From: a virus
Lineage: Duplodnaviria; Heunggongvirae; Uroviricota; Caudoviricetes
Virus record (IMG/VR): IMGVR_UViG_2563366874_000010
Reading direction: 5' to 3' (one strand)
Length of the DNA: 36,400 nt
The notes below the pieces were generated by a model that was not told the DNA's origin, did no database searches, and saw only the letters and a list, made by a program, of their open reading frames with translations. The position numbers and the translations under genes are program-made. This document shows positions 19,980 through 28,587 of the stretch, piece after piece. Positions within the stretch are counted from its first letter, which is position 1, and every line of letters starts with the position of its first letter.

Positions 19980-20373
19980 AGCAGTGCCTTATGTCCGAAA
20001 TAACCCGGACAAACTGCATCTGTTTGTGGATAACGGTTCGCTGGTTGCCACCGGAGCCAGCTCCATGTCATGGGAGTATCGTTACACCCTGAACGTAGTG
20101 ATAGAGGATTTCAGCGGCGACCAGAATCTGTTGATGGCCCCGGTTTTGCTGTGGCTGCGAGATAACCAGCCCGATGCAATCAATAACCCGGTGTTACGGG
20201 AAAAGTTATTCACCTTTGAGGTGGATATTTTGCGCAACGATGTCTGTGATATCAGCCTTAACCTGCAACTGACGGAACGTGTGCTGGTCAGCACTGACGG
20301 CACTGTGTCCAGCGTTGAAGCTGTAGCGGAACCCGATGAACCTGAAGAAGTGTGGACGGTGAAACGTGGCTGA
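19942..20373 (+). CDS. R: Tail completion protein R, P2 gpR-like
   Basis: RBS AGGAG before GTG 19942; sequence LFVDNGS matches recalled gpR; start uncertain. Confidence 0.75.
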   Translation: MNKPQSLRHALNKAVPYVRNNPDKLHLFVDNGSLVATGASSMSWEYRYTLNVVIEDFSGDQNLLMAPVLLWLRDNQPDAINNPVLREKLFTFEVDILRNDVCDISLNLQLTERVLVSTDGTVSSVEAVAEPDEPEEVWTVKRG

Positions 20374-20815
20374 ACTGCAGAAGGTGGACGACTGGCTGAG
20401 TGCTTTGCTGGCGAATCTGGAACCAGTCGCAAGAAGCCGCATGATGCGCCAGCTGGCGCAGGAACTTCGGCGGACACAGCAGCAGAATATCAGGATGCAG
20501 CGCAACCCTGACGGCAGCAGCTATGAACCGCGACGGGTAACAGCACGCAGTAAAAAAGGCCGTATCAAACGTCAGATGTTTGCAAAGCTGCGCACCACAA
20601 AATACCTGAAAACTGCCGCCAGTGCCGATTCTGCCAGCGTGCAGTTTGAAGGCAAGGTACAGCGCATTGCCCGCGTTCACCATTATGGCCTGCGCGATCG
20701 TGTCAGTCGTAAGGGACCGGAAGTCCGTTACGCAGAGCGTCGCCTGCTGGGTGTAAATGATTATGTTGAAGCAAATATTCGTGATATTTTGCTAAGTTGG
20801 CTAAGCCAATATTAA
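20366..20815 (+). CDS. S: Tail completion protein S, P2 gpS-like
   Basis: 149-aa ORF overlapping the R stop; P2 order. Confidence 0.85.
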   Translation: MAELQKVDDWLSALLANLEPVARSRMMRQLAQELRRTQQQNIRMQRNPDGSSYEPRRVTARSKKGRIKRQMFAKLRTTKYLKTAASADSASVQFEGKVQRIARVHHYGLRDRVSRKGPEVRYAERRLLGVNDYVEANIRDILLSWLSQY

Positions 20816-20816
20816 T

Positions 20817-21512
20817 TCATGTCAAATATTGATAACTTTTATCAATTTTAAGTTTGTGAAATTTGGTTATCTTTGAATCAATGTATAAATCTATGAACAT
20901 TGCTATCCCTATCATAAATATAAATAGAATGCTTAAATAAATAATGGGGGTGGCAATCATTATTGTAAATTTGTTCTTGTCTGTAGTTTTTGCTAACTCT
21001 TCTTGCTTTTCAGGAATTAGCAAGTAGCTACAAATGAAATCTTTTGTGGCTTGTTGGATTGAAGTGATCTTATCAAGCTGTGACTTGTCAACACATACAT
21101 CTGGTGTGATATTCCATTCAGATGTGTATGGTATGTTTTGTGCGTGTTCTGGTTTCATCCAAAAGGAATCTTTTGTTTCTCTATGTGTGATTTCAACCAA
21201 ATTTACGGGTTCTTTGGCGATGAAATAGGTAAATTTATAAAAACAAAATGCTGAGGTCATAATGACTGCAATTCCAAATGAGACGATAAATATTTTATGT
21301 TTTTTAATATGGGGTTTTGTGCTTAACTTATATTTGCAAAGACTAAGTCTAATAATTGGCTTTGATATTCCAATCTTTGATATCAAAAAGTCTTCTTCTG
21401 GATAGGATGTGTTTAACCATGACCAAAAAGCTGAGATGCCACCTATAAGCCATTTAAATATAAGACCACCAATGGCCGTAGCTAAAAATGTATTTATTTT
21501 ATCGATTTCCAT
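20817..21512 (-). CDS. AT-rich multi-pass membrane protein, unknown function; cargo between S and V on the opposite strand
   Basis: 231-aa ORF with RBS AAAGGGGA; hydrophobic segments near residues 8-32, 75-97 and 185-208; composition far more AT-rich than flanking tail genes. Confidence 0.75.
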   Translation of the reverse strand: MEIDKINTFLATAIGGLIFKWLIGGISAFWSWLNTSYPEEDFLISKIGISKPIIRLSLCKYKLSTKPHIKKHKIFIVSFGIAVIMTSAFCFYKFTYFIAKEPVNLVEITHRETKDSFWMKPEHAQNIPYTSEWNITPDVCVDKSQLDKITSIQQATKDFICSYLLIPEKQEELAKTTDKNKFTIMIATPIIYLSILFIFMIGIAMFIDLYIDSKITKFHKLKIDKSYQYLT

Positions 21513-21548
21513 ATAGATCCCCTTTGGGTTGAGCTATCTGGGATTATA

Positions 21549-21566
21549 TGTATGAGAGACAGAACA
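21549..21566. promoter_or_regulatory. Possible late-promoter activator site TGT-N12-ACA upstream of V
   Basis: TGTATGAGAGACAGAACA; spacing to the V ATG is short, so assignment is tentative. Confidence 0.3.
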
Positions 21567-21612
21567 ATGAAGCGAGGTTCGTTAAAATAGGAATCGCGGG
21601 CATTCTTTCTTC

Positions 21613-22191
21613 ATGAATGCACAATTAACCGAAATCATGCGCCTTATCACCAACCTGATCCGCACTGGGGTAGTCACCGAAGTGGACCGGGAAAACTGGC
21701 TTTGTCGGGTGAAAACGGGCGACCTTGAAACCAACTGGATTAACTGGTTGACGCTGCGTGCCGGGAATGCCCGCACATGGTGGCGACCATCGGAAGGTGA
21801 GCAGGTGGTGCTGCTGAGTCTGGGCGGCAATCTGGAGACTGCCTTTGCGCTGCCCGCTGTCTATTCGAATCAGTTCGCGCCACCGTCTACGTCGGCGGAC
21901 GCCTGCGTGACAGAACATCCTGACGGTGGCTGGTTTGAATACGAACCCGCCAGTGGGCGCTGGTATGTCAGGGGCATCAAATCAATGGTCATTGAGGCCG
22001 CTGACAACATCACCATGAAAACCAGTGAGTTTGTACTGGAGGCTGACCGCACGCGCATTAACAGCGAAGTGGTGATCAATGGTGGCGTTGCCCAGGGCGG
22101 CGGAGCGATGAGTTCTAACGGGATCGTGGTTGATGCGCATCAGCATACTGGCGTCCTGAAAGGCGGCGACACAACCGGAGGTCCGGTATGA
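21613..22191 (+). CDS. V: Baseplate spike/assembly protein V, P2 gpV-like
   Basis: 192-aa ORF; N-terminal pattern (IRTG...E.D......V.TG......W..W...RAG..RTWW.PS.GEQV) matches recalled gpV. Confidence 0.9.
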   Translation: MNAQLTEIMRLITNLIRTGVVTEVDRENWLCRVKTGDLETNWINWLTLRAGNARTWWRPSEGEQVVLLSLGGNLETAFALPAVYSNQFAPPSTSADACVTEHPDGGWFEYEPASGRWYVRGIKSMVIEAADNITMKTSEFVLEADRTRINSEVVINGGVAQGGGAMSSNGIVVDAHQHTGVLKGGDTTGGPV

Positions 22192-22547
22192 CGCTTTATA
22201 TCGGGATGAACAATACCAGCGGTAAAGCCATTACTGATATTGACCATCTGCGCCAGTCGGTGCGGGACATTCTGCTGACACCGCAGGGTAGCCGCATTGC
22301 CCGTCGTGAATATGGTTCCCTGCTGTCGGCACTGATAGACCAGCCACAAAATCCGGCATTACGCCTGCAGGTCATGTCGGCAGTGTATGTGGCGCTGAGT
22401 CGCTGGGAGCCACGGCTGACGCTGGATTCCATCACCATCAACAGCAATTTTGACGGTTCAATGGTGGTGGAGCTGACCGGGCGGCGGAATAACGGTGTGC
22501 CTGTTTCCCTTTCCGTATCAACAGGAGCAGAGAATGGCAGTGATTGA
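22188..22547 (+). CDS. W: Baseplate wedge protein W, P2 gpW-like
   Basis: 119-aa ORF in ATGA overlap with V. Confidence 0.85.
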   Translation: MTLYIGMNNTSGKAITDIDHLRQSVRDILLTPQGSRIARREYGSLLSALIDQPQNPALRLQVMSAVYVALSRWEPRLTLDSITINSNFDGSMVVELTGRRNNGVPVSLSVSTGAENGSD

Positions 22548-23442
22548 CCTTTCGCAGTTGCCTGCGCCGCAGATTGTGGATGTGCCGGACTTTGAGACGC
22601 TGCTTGCCGAACGCAAGGCAGAATTTGTGGCGCTTCATCCGAAAGATGAGCAGGAAGCAGTGATCCGCACGCTGGAACTGGAATCTGAACCAGTCACCAA
22701 ATTGTTGCAGGAGAACGCTTACCGTGAGTTGCTTCTGCGCCAGCGTATTAACGAAGCCGCGCAGGCGGTGATGGTGGCTTACGCAATGGGCGGAGATCTT
22801 GACCAGCTCGCCGCTAATTACAATGTGAAACGCCTGACGGTGACACCTGCTGATTATGACGCTGTGCCGCCCGTTGCGGCTGTGATGGAAAGCGATGAAG
22901 CGTTACGCCTGCGTGTGCCTGCGGCTTTTGAAGGGCTTTCGGTTGCGGGGCCAACTGCAGCTTATGAATTTCATGCCCGAAGCGCCGACGGTCGGGTGGC
23001 GGATGCCAGTGCAACCAGTCCGGCACCTGCAGAGGTGGTGCTGACTGTCCTGAGCCGCGAAGGCGATGGAACAGCAGAAAAAGACCTGCTGGACGTGGTG
23101 GAAAAAGCTCTGAACAGTGAGAACGTCCGCCCGGTGGCTGACCGTCTGACGGTTCGCAGCGCAGAAATCATCCCGTACCGCGTGGAAGCTACCATTTTTC
23201 TCTATCCGGGGCCGGAAGCAGAGCCGGTAATGGCAGCGGCAAAAGCCAGTCTGCAGAAGTACATCGCCAGTCAGACGCGGCTTGGTCGGGATATTCGCCG
23301 TAGCGCCATCTTTGCCGCCCTGCATGTTGAGGGAGTGCAGCGTGTGGAGCTGGCTTCACCACTGGCGGATGTGGTCCTGAACAAAACACAGGCCGCATCA
23401 TGTACGCAGTGGAGCGTAACCAACGGAGGAACGGATGAATAG
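22534..23442 (+). CDS. J: Baseplate protein J, P2 gpJ-like
   Basis: 302 aa from ATG 22534 with RBS GGAG. Confidence 0.85.
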   Translation: MAVIDLSQLPAPQIVDVPDFETLLAERKAEFVALHPKDEQEAVIRTLELESEPVTKLLQENAYRELLLRQRINEAAQAVMVAYAMGGDLDQLAANYNVKRLTVTPADYDAVPPVAAVMESDEALRLRVPAAFEGLSVAGPTAAYEFHARSADGRVADASATSPAPAEVVLTVLSREGDGTAEKDLLDVVEKALNSENVRPVADRLTVRSAEIIPYRVEATIFLYPGPEAEPVMAAAKASLQKYIASQTRLGRDIRRSAIFAALHVEGVQRVELASPLADVVLNKTQAASCTQWSVTNGGTDE

Positions 23443-24040
23443 TCTGCTGCCACCGGGTTCAACTTCACTGGAGCGCCGACTGGCGCAGACCTGTAGCGGG
23501 ATTTCTGATCTGCAGGTGCCGCTGCGTGACTTGTGGAATCCGGCAACCTGTCCGGTCAGTTTCCTGCCTTATCTCGCCTGGGCGTTCTCTGTGGATCGCT
23601 GGGACGAGGTCTGGACAGAAAGCGTCAAGCGCCAGGTGGTGAAGGATGCTTTTTATATTCATCAGCATAAAGGGACCACCAGTGCCGTGCGGCGGGTGGT
23701 GGAGCCGTTCGGCTTTCTGATTCGCATTATTGAGTGGTGGCAGACCGGAGAGACACCGGGCACGTTTCGTCTGGATATCGGCGTGCAGGACCAGGGCATC
23801 ACTGAAGATACCTATCTGGAACTTGAGCGACTGATAAGCGATGCCAAACCATGTAGCCGTCACATGATCGGCATGTCCATCAACCTGCAGACCAGCGGCC
23901 CGCATTGGGTGGGAGTCGCCAGCTATCTTGGCGAAGAAATCACGATTTATCCGTATATCAACGAAACGATTATTTCCGGCGGCACCGCGCATGAAGGCGG
24001 GGCGGTCCATGTTATTGACACAATGAGAGTGAATCCATGA
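23435..24040 (+). CDS. I: Baseplate/tail protein I, P2 gpI-like
   Basis: 201-aa ORF between J and the tail fibre gene. Confidence 0.85.
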   Translation: MNSLLPPGSTSLERRLAQTCSGISDLQVPLRDLWNPATCPVSFLPYLAWAFSVDRWDEVWTESVKRQVVKDAFYIHQHKGTTSAVRRVVEPFGFLIRIIEWWQTGETPGTFRLDIGVQDQGITEDTYLELERLISDAKPCSRHMIGMSINLQTSGPHWVGVASYLGEEITIYPYINETIISGGTAHEGGAVHVIDTMRVNP

Positions 24041-25662
24041 GCACAAAATTTTATACCCTGCTGACGGATATTGGCGCGGCGAAACTTGCCAGCGCCGCCG
24101 CGCTCGGTGTGCCGCTAAAAATTACCCATATGGCGGTGGGCGATGGCGGTGGAGCATTGCCGACGCCGGACGCAAAGCAGACTGCACTGGTAAATGAGAA
24201 ACGCCGGGCTGCGCTGAATATGCTCTATATCGACCCGCAGAACAGCAGCCAGATTATTGCTGAACAGGTGATCCCTGAAAACGAGGGCGGTTGGTGGATA
24301 CGTGAAGTGGGCCTGTTTGATGAGTCAGGGGCATTGATTGCCGTGGGCAACTGCCCGGAAAGCTATAAGCCGCAACTGGCTGAAGGCAGCGGGCGCACCC
24401 AGACCGTGCGCATGGTGCTGATTACCAGCAGCACGGACAATATCACCTTGAAAATCGATCCTGCTATAGTGCTGGCAACCCGCAAGTATGTGGATGACAA
24501 GGCACTGGAGCTGAAGGTGTACGTGGATGATCTGATGGCAAAACACCTTGCCGCACCAGATCCACATTCACAGTATGCGCCAAAAGCCAGCCCAACATTT
24601 ACCGGAACCCCCAAAGCGCCAACGCCAGCGGCGGGGAATAATACCACGCAACTTGCGACCACCGCGTTTGTTCAGGCGGCACTGAAGGCCGTTATTAATG
24701 GTGCTCCAGCCACGCTGGACACGCTGAAAGAAATAGCCGCAGCCATAAACAATGACCCGAAATTCAGCACCACCATTAACAATGCGCTGGCACTGAAAGC
24801 GCCGCTGTCGAGTCCGGCACTTACCGGAACGCCAACAGCTCCCACGGCGGCGCAGTCGGTCAACAATACACAGATTGCCACTACCGCTTTTGTGAAATCG
24901 GCAATTGCAGCCATGGTGGGTTCTGCACCTGCGGCACTGGATACGCTGAACGAACTGGCAGCGGCGCTGGGGAATGATCCGAACTTTGCCACGACAATAA
25001 CTAACTCCCTTGCGGGGAAGCAGCCAAAGGATGCTACTTTAACAGCGTTGGCAGGGCTTTCTACATCAAAAGATAAACTCCCTTATTTTACAGGGGAAGA
25101 TCGGGCTGCCTTAACTGCACTGACAAGTGTTGGGCGTGCCATTCTTAGCAAGCCCAGCGCACAGGGCGTTCTTGATTATCTTGGTTTAGGGGATGGCTCT
25201 GCATTACCTGTTGGTGTCCCTGTTCCGTGGCCTTCTGCCACTCCACCGACAGGCTGGCTGAAATGCAACGGAGCGGCTTTTTCGGCTGAAGAATATCCCA
25301 AACTGGCAAAGGTTTATCCGACAAATAAATTGCCTGATTTACGTGGTGAGTTTATTCGTGGCTGGGATGATGGGCGTGGTATTGATGCTGGGCGTGCTTT
25401 ATTGAGCCTTCAGGCTGGAATGCTGGAAAAACACCGCCATATGGTTGTAGCCAACGATGGGTATGATTCAAAAGAGGAATGGGAACTGGCGGCAATCTTC
25501 AGAAAAGCATATACGCAAGGCCGGGGGCTTGATGCTGCCGATGCCGGAGGGACTCTGATTCCATCACCAACGCTACATACACGAGGGAGTATTGGTAACA
25601 CAGGTGGGAGCGAAACCCGTCCACGAAATATTGCATTTAACTATATCGTGAGAGCTGCGTAA
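24037..25662 (+). CDS. H: Tail fibre protein, P2 gpH-like, with internal tandem repeat
   Basis: 541 aa; conserved N-terminal domain, then two tandem ~70-aa units (nt about 24589-25023) each containing NNTQ[L/I]ATTAFV. Confidence 0.9.
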   Translation: MSTKFYTLLTDIGAAKLASAAALGVPLKITHMAVGDGGGALPTPDAKQTALVNEKRRAALNMLYIDPQNSSQIIAEQVIPENEGGWWIREVGLFDESGALIAVGNCPESYKPQLAEGSGRTQTVRMVLITSSTDNITLKIDPAIVLATRKYVDDKALELKVYVDDLMAKHLAAPDPHSQYAPKASPTFTGTPKAPTPAAGNNTTQLATTAFVQAALKAVINGAPATLDTLKEIAAAINNDPKFSTTINNALALKAPLSSPALTGTPTAPTAAQSVNNTQIATTAFVKSAIAAMVGSAPAALDTLNELAAALGNDPNFATTITNSLAGKQPKDATLTALAGLSTSKDKLPYFTGEDRAALTALTSVGRAILSKPSAQGVLDYLGLGDGSALPVGVPVPWPSATPPTGWLKCNGAAFSAEEYPKLAKVYPTNKLPDLRGEFIRGWDDGRGIDAGRALLSLQAGMLEKHRHMVVANDGYDSKEEWELAAIFRKAYTQGRGLDAADAGGTLIPSPTLHTRGSIGNTGGSETRPRNIAFNYIVRAA

Positions 25663-26264
25663 TGGATAAAGCCGTATTAAATAGCGAACTTATTGCCACG
25701 AAGGCGGGGAATATTACCGTCTATAACTATGATGGTGAAACACGGGAATATATTTCTGAATCAACTGAATATCTTGCTGTTGGCGTCGGTATTCCCGCAC
25801 ATTCGTGTTTAGATGCTCCTGGTTCATATAAGTCAGGTTATGTGTCCTGTCGAACTCTGGATTTGAGATCATGGGAATATGTGCCAGACCATCGCGGTGA
25901 AATCGTCTATAACACCGAAACGGGGGACTCAAAAGAAATCACAGTGCCGGGAGATTACCCTGAAAAGACAACCACTATTGCTCCGTTAACACCATACGAT
26001 AAGTGGGATGGTGAGAAATGGGTGACGGATACCAAAGCGCAACATAACGCAGCAGTGGAAGGGGCTGAACTGCAACGCCAGTCACTGATTGATGATGCCA
26101 TGTCTTCCATTGTTCTGATTCAACTAAAATTGCAGGCGGGAAGAAAATTAACTGCGGAAGAAACAGTAAAGCTCGATTCCGTTCTTGACTATATCGACGT
26201 GGTAGCAGCAATAGATATCAGCACAGCCCCTGATATTAACTGGCCCGAACTACCAGAATTTTAA
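25662..26264 (+). CDS. G: Tail fibre assembly chaperone, P2 gpG-like
   Basis: 200-aa ORF immediately after the fibre gene. Confidence 0.85.
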   Translation: MDKAVLNSELIATKAGNITVYNYDGETREYISESTEYLAVGVGIPAHSCLDAPGSYKSGYVSCRTLDLRSWEYVPDHRGEIVYNTETGDSKEITVPGDYPEKTTTIAPLTPYDKWDGEKWVTDTKAQHNAAVEGAELQRQSLIDDAMSSIVLIQLKLQAGRKLTAEETVKLDSVLDYIDVVAAIDISTAPDINWPELPEF

Positions 26265-26271
26265 ATTCCTG

Positions 26272-26294
26272 CCCCGCGCCTGCGGGGATTTTTT
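26272..26294 (+). terminator. Rho-independent terminator after the tail fibre operon
   Basis: CCCCGC-GCCT-GCGGGG hairpin followed by ATTTTTT. Confidence 0.7.
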
Positions 26295-26305
26295 CACCCC
26301 GTCGT

Positions 26306-26323
26306 TGTGCCATTTCCCATACA
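26306..26323. promoter_or_regulatory. Late-promoter activator site TGT-N12-ACA upstream of the sheath gene
   Basis: TGTGCCATTTCCCATACA, centred about 85 bp upstream of the FI ATG. Confidence 0.55.
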
Positions 26324-26398
26324 AACCCCATCGCGTGCACCCTGCGCGTATCAACCAGAACATAGGCAGACCCCCTCTACAACCGGAGAGACTGCCTT

Positions 26399-27571
26399 AT
26401 GGCTCAGGATTACCACCACGGAGTGCGCGTTGTTGAAGTCAACGAAGGCACCCGATCCATTACCACGGTGAGCACCGCCATCGTGGGCATGGTCTGCACG
26501 GGCGATGATGCCGATGCAAAAATGTTTCCTCTTAATAAACCCGTGCTGATCACTGATGTGCTGACTGCCAGCGGTAAAGCGGGTGAGTCCGGCACGCTGG
26601 CCCGTTCGCTGGATGCCATCGCTGACCAGGCAAAACCCGTGACCGTTGTTGTGCGTGTGCCGCAGGGTGAAACGGAAGAAGAAACCACGACCAATATCAT
26701 CGGTGCAGTGACTGCTGAAGGTAAAAAAACAGGTATGAAAGCCCTGTTATCTGCCCAGTCACAGCTCGGCGTTAAACCGCGCATTCTCGGCGTGCCAGGC
26801 CACGACACCAAGGCGGTAGCTACTGAGTTGCTGAGCGTGGCGCAAAGCCTGCGTGGGTTTGCTTACCTGTCAGCGTATGGCTGCAAGACGGTGCAGGAGG
26901 CGATCACTTACCGCGAAAACTTCAGCCAGCGCGAAGGGATGCTGATCTGGCCTGACTTTACTGGCTGGGACACGGTGCTGAATGCCGAAGCAACGGCATA
27001 TGCCACCGCTCGTGCGCTCGGTCTGCGCGCCAAAATTGACGAGCAGACCGGATGGCACAAAAGCCTGTCCAACGTGGGCGTGAACGGTGTCACCGGAATT
27101 TCTGCAGATGTGTTCTGGGATCTGCAGGACCCGGCAACCGATGCAGGTCTGCTGAACCAGAACGACGTCACCACGCTTGTGCGTAAAGACGGTTTCCGCT
27201 TCTGGGGTTCCCGCTGCCTGAGTGATGACCCGCTCTTTGCCTTCGAAAACTACACCCGCACGGCGCAGGTGCTGATGGACACGATGGCAGAAGCGCACAT
27301 GTGGGCGGTGGACAAACCGCTGAACCCGTCGCTGGCCCGCGACATTATCGAAGGTATCCGCGCCAAAATGCGCAGCCTGGTCAGTCAGGGCTATCTCATT
27401 GGTGGTGATTGCTGGCTGGACGAGTCGGTGAACGATAAAGACACTCTGAAAGCCGGGAAGCTCACCATCGACTACGACTACACGCCAGTGCCACCACTTG
27501 AAAACCTGATGCTGCGTCAGCGCATCACCGATCAGTACCTGGTGAATTTCGCCAGCCAGGTCAGCGCGTAA
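26399..27571 (+). CDS. FI: Tail sheath protein, P2 gpFI-like
   Basis: 390-aa ORF, P2 order. Confidence 0.9.
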   Translation: MAQDYHHGVRVVEVNEGTRSITTVSTAIVGMVCTGDDADAKMFPLNKPVLITDVLTASGKAGESGTLARSLDAIADQAKPVTVVVRVPQGETEEETTTNIIGAVTAEGKKTGMKALLSAQSQLGVKPRILGVPGHDTKAVATELLSVAQSLRGFAYLSAYGCKTVQEAITYRENFSQREGMLIWPDFTGWDTVLNAEATAYATARALGLRAKIDEQTGWHKSLSNVGVNGVTGISADVFWDLQDPATDAGLLNQNDVTTLVRKDGFRFWGSRCLSDDPLFAFENYTRTAQVLMDTMAEAHMWAVDKPLNPSLARDIIEGIRAKMRSLVSQGYLIGGDCWLDESVNDKDTLKAGKLTIDYDYTPVPPLENLMLRQRITDQYLVNFASQVSA

Positions 27572-27580
27572 GGGGACAAC

Positions 27581-28096
27581 ATGGCTTTACCACGCAAATT
27601 AAAACACCTGAACCTGTTTAACGACGGGAACAACTGGCAGGGGATCGTTGAGTCGCTGACGCTGCCGAAATTCACCCGCAAATATGAGAAGTATCGCGGC
27701 GGCGGAATGCCGGGTGCAGTGGATGTGGATCTGGGACTGGATGACAGTGCTCTGGACACAGAATTTTCCATTGGTGGTACTGAACTGCTGCTGTTTAAGC
27801 AGATGGGCAAAGCCACGGTGGATGGCATACAGTTGCGCTTTACCGGCTCTATCCAGCGTGACGATACCGGAGAAGTGCAGGCCGTGGAGCTTGTGGTGCG
27901 TGGACGTCACAAAGAAGTGGATTCCGGCGAGTGGAAGACGGGCGAAAGCAACACCACCAAAGTGACCAGTACCAACAGCTACGCGAAGCTGACCATCAAT
28001 GGTGAGGTGCTCTATGAAGTGGACCTTATCAACATGGTGGAAATTGTGGACGGTGTGGACCTGATGGAAGCGCACCGCAACGCCCTCGGCCTCTGA
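27581..28096 (+). CDS. FII: Tail tube protein, P2 gpFII-like
   Basis: 171-aa ORF following the sheath gene. Confidence 0.9.
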   Translation: MALPRKLKHLNLFNDGNNWQGIVESLTLPKFTRKYEKYRGGGMPGAVDVDLGLDDSALDTEFSIGGTELLLFKQMGKATVDGIQLRFTGSIQRDDTGEVQAVELVVRGRHKEVDSGEWKTGESNTTKVTSTNSYAKLTINGEVLYEVDLINMVEIVDGVDLMEAHRNALGL

Positions 28097-28150
28097 TCTA
28101 TCTGAACGGCGCGGGATACCGCGCCAGAACCCAATTTACAGGACAACAAA

Positions 28151-28453
28151 ATGAACGATAAGCAGACTGAAAAGACCATTCAACTGGATACCCCCATCAT
28201 GCGCGGTAAAACAGAAATTACCGAAATTGTGCTGCGTAAACCGCAGTCCGGTGCGCTGCGCGGTACACGCCTGCAGGCCATTATGGATATGGATGTTAAC
28301 GCGATGATGACCGTGATCCCCCGCATTTCCAGTCCGGCACTGACTGCACAGGAAATTGCAGAGATGGACCCGGCAGATCTCACTGCCATGTCGGTTGAGG
28401 TTGTCACTTTTTTGTTGAAGAAGTCGGTGCTTGCCGATTTACCGACAGCCTGA
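28151..28453 (+). CDS. E: Tail assembly chaperone E
   Basis: 100-aa ORF upstream of the tape-measure gene, containing slippery TTTTTTG at 28408-28414. Confidence 0.8.
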   Translation: MNDKQTEKTIQLDTPIMRGKTEITEIVLRKPQSGALRGTRLQAIMDMDVNAMMTVIPRISSPALTAQEIAEMDPADLTAMSVEVVTFLLKKSVLADLPTA

Positions 28454-28587
28454 CGGTTGACGATCTGGTGGCAGATATCGCCACCATCTTTCACTGGCCG
28501 CCATCCGTTACTGACGTTATGCCGCTGACCGAAGTGCTGGAATGGCGGTATAAAGCGATTCAGAGAAGCGGGGCCAACGATGAGTGA
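28151..28587 (+). CDS. Tail assembly chaperone E' (E extended by -1 programmed frameshift at 28408-28414)
   Basis: The -1 frame after the T6G heptamer is open to TGA at 28585-28587, overlapping the tape-measure start; arrangement is standard for P2-like phages. Confidence 0.6.

Noticed and set aside
26265-26398. Possible cargo at the Z/fun position between tail fibre assembly gene G and sheath gene FI
   Set aside because: Only a terminator and a late-promoter site fit in this 134-bp gap; no ORF.
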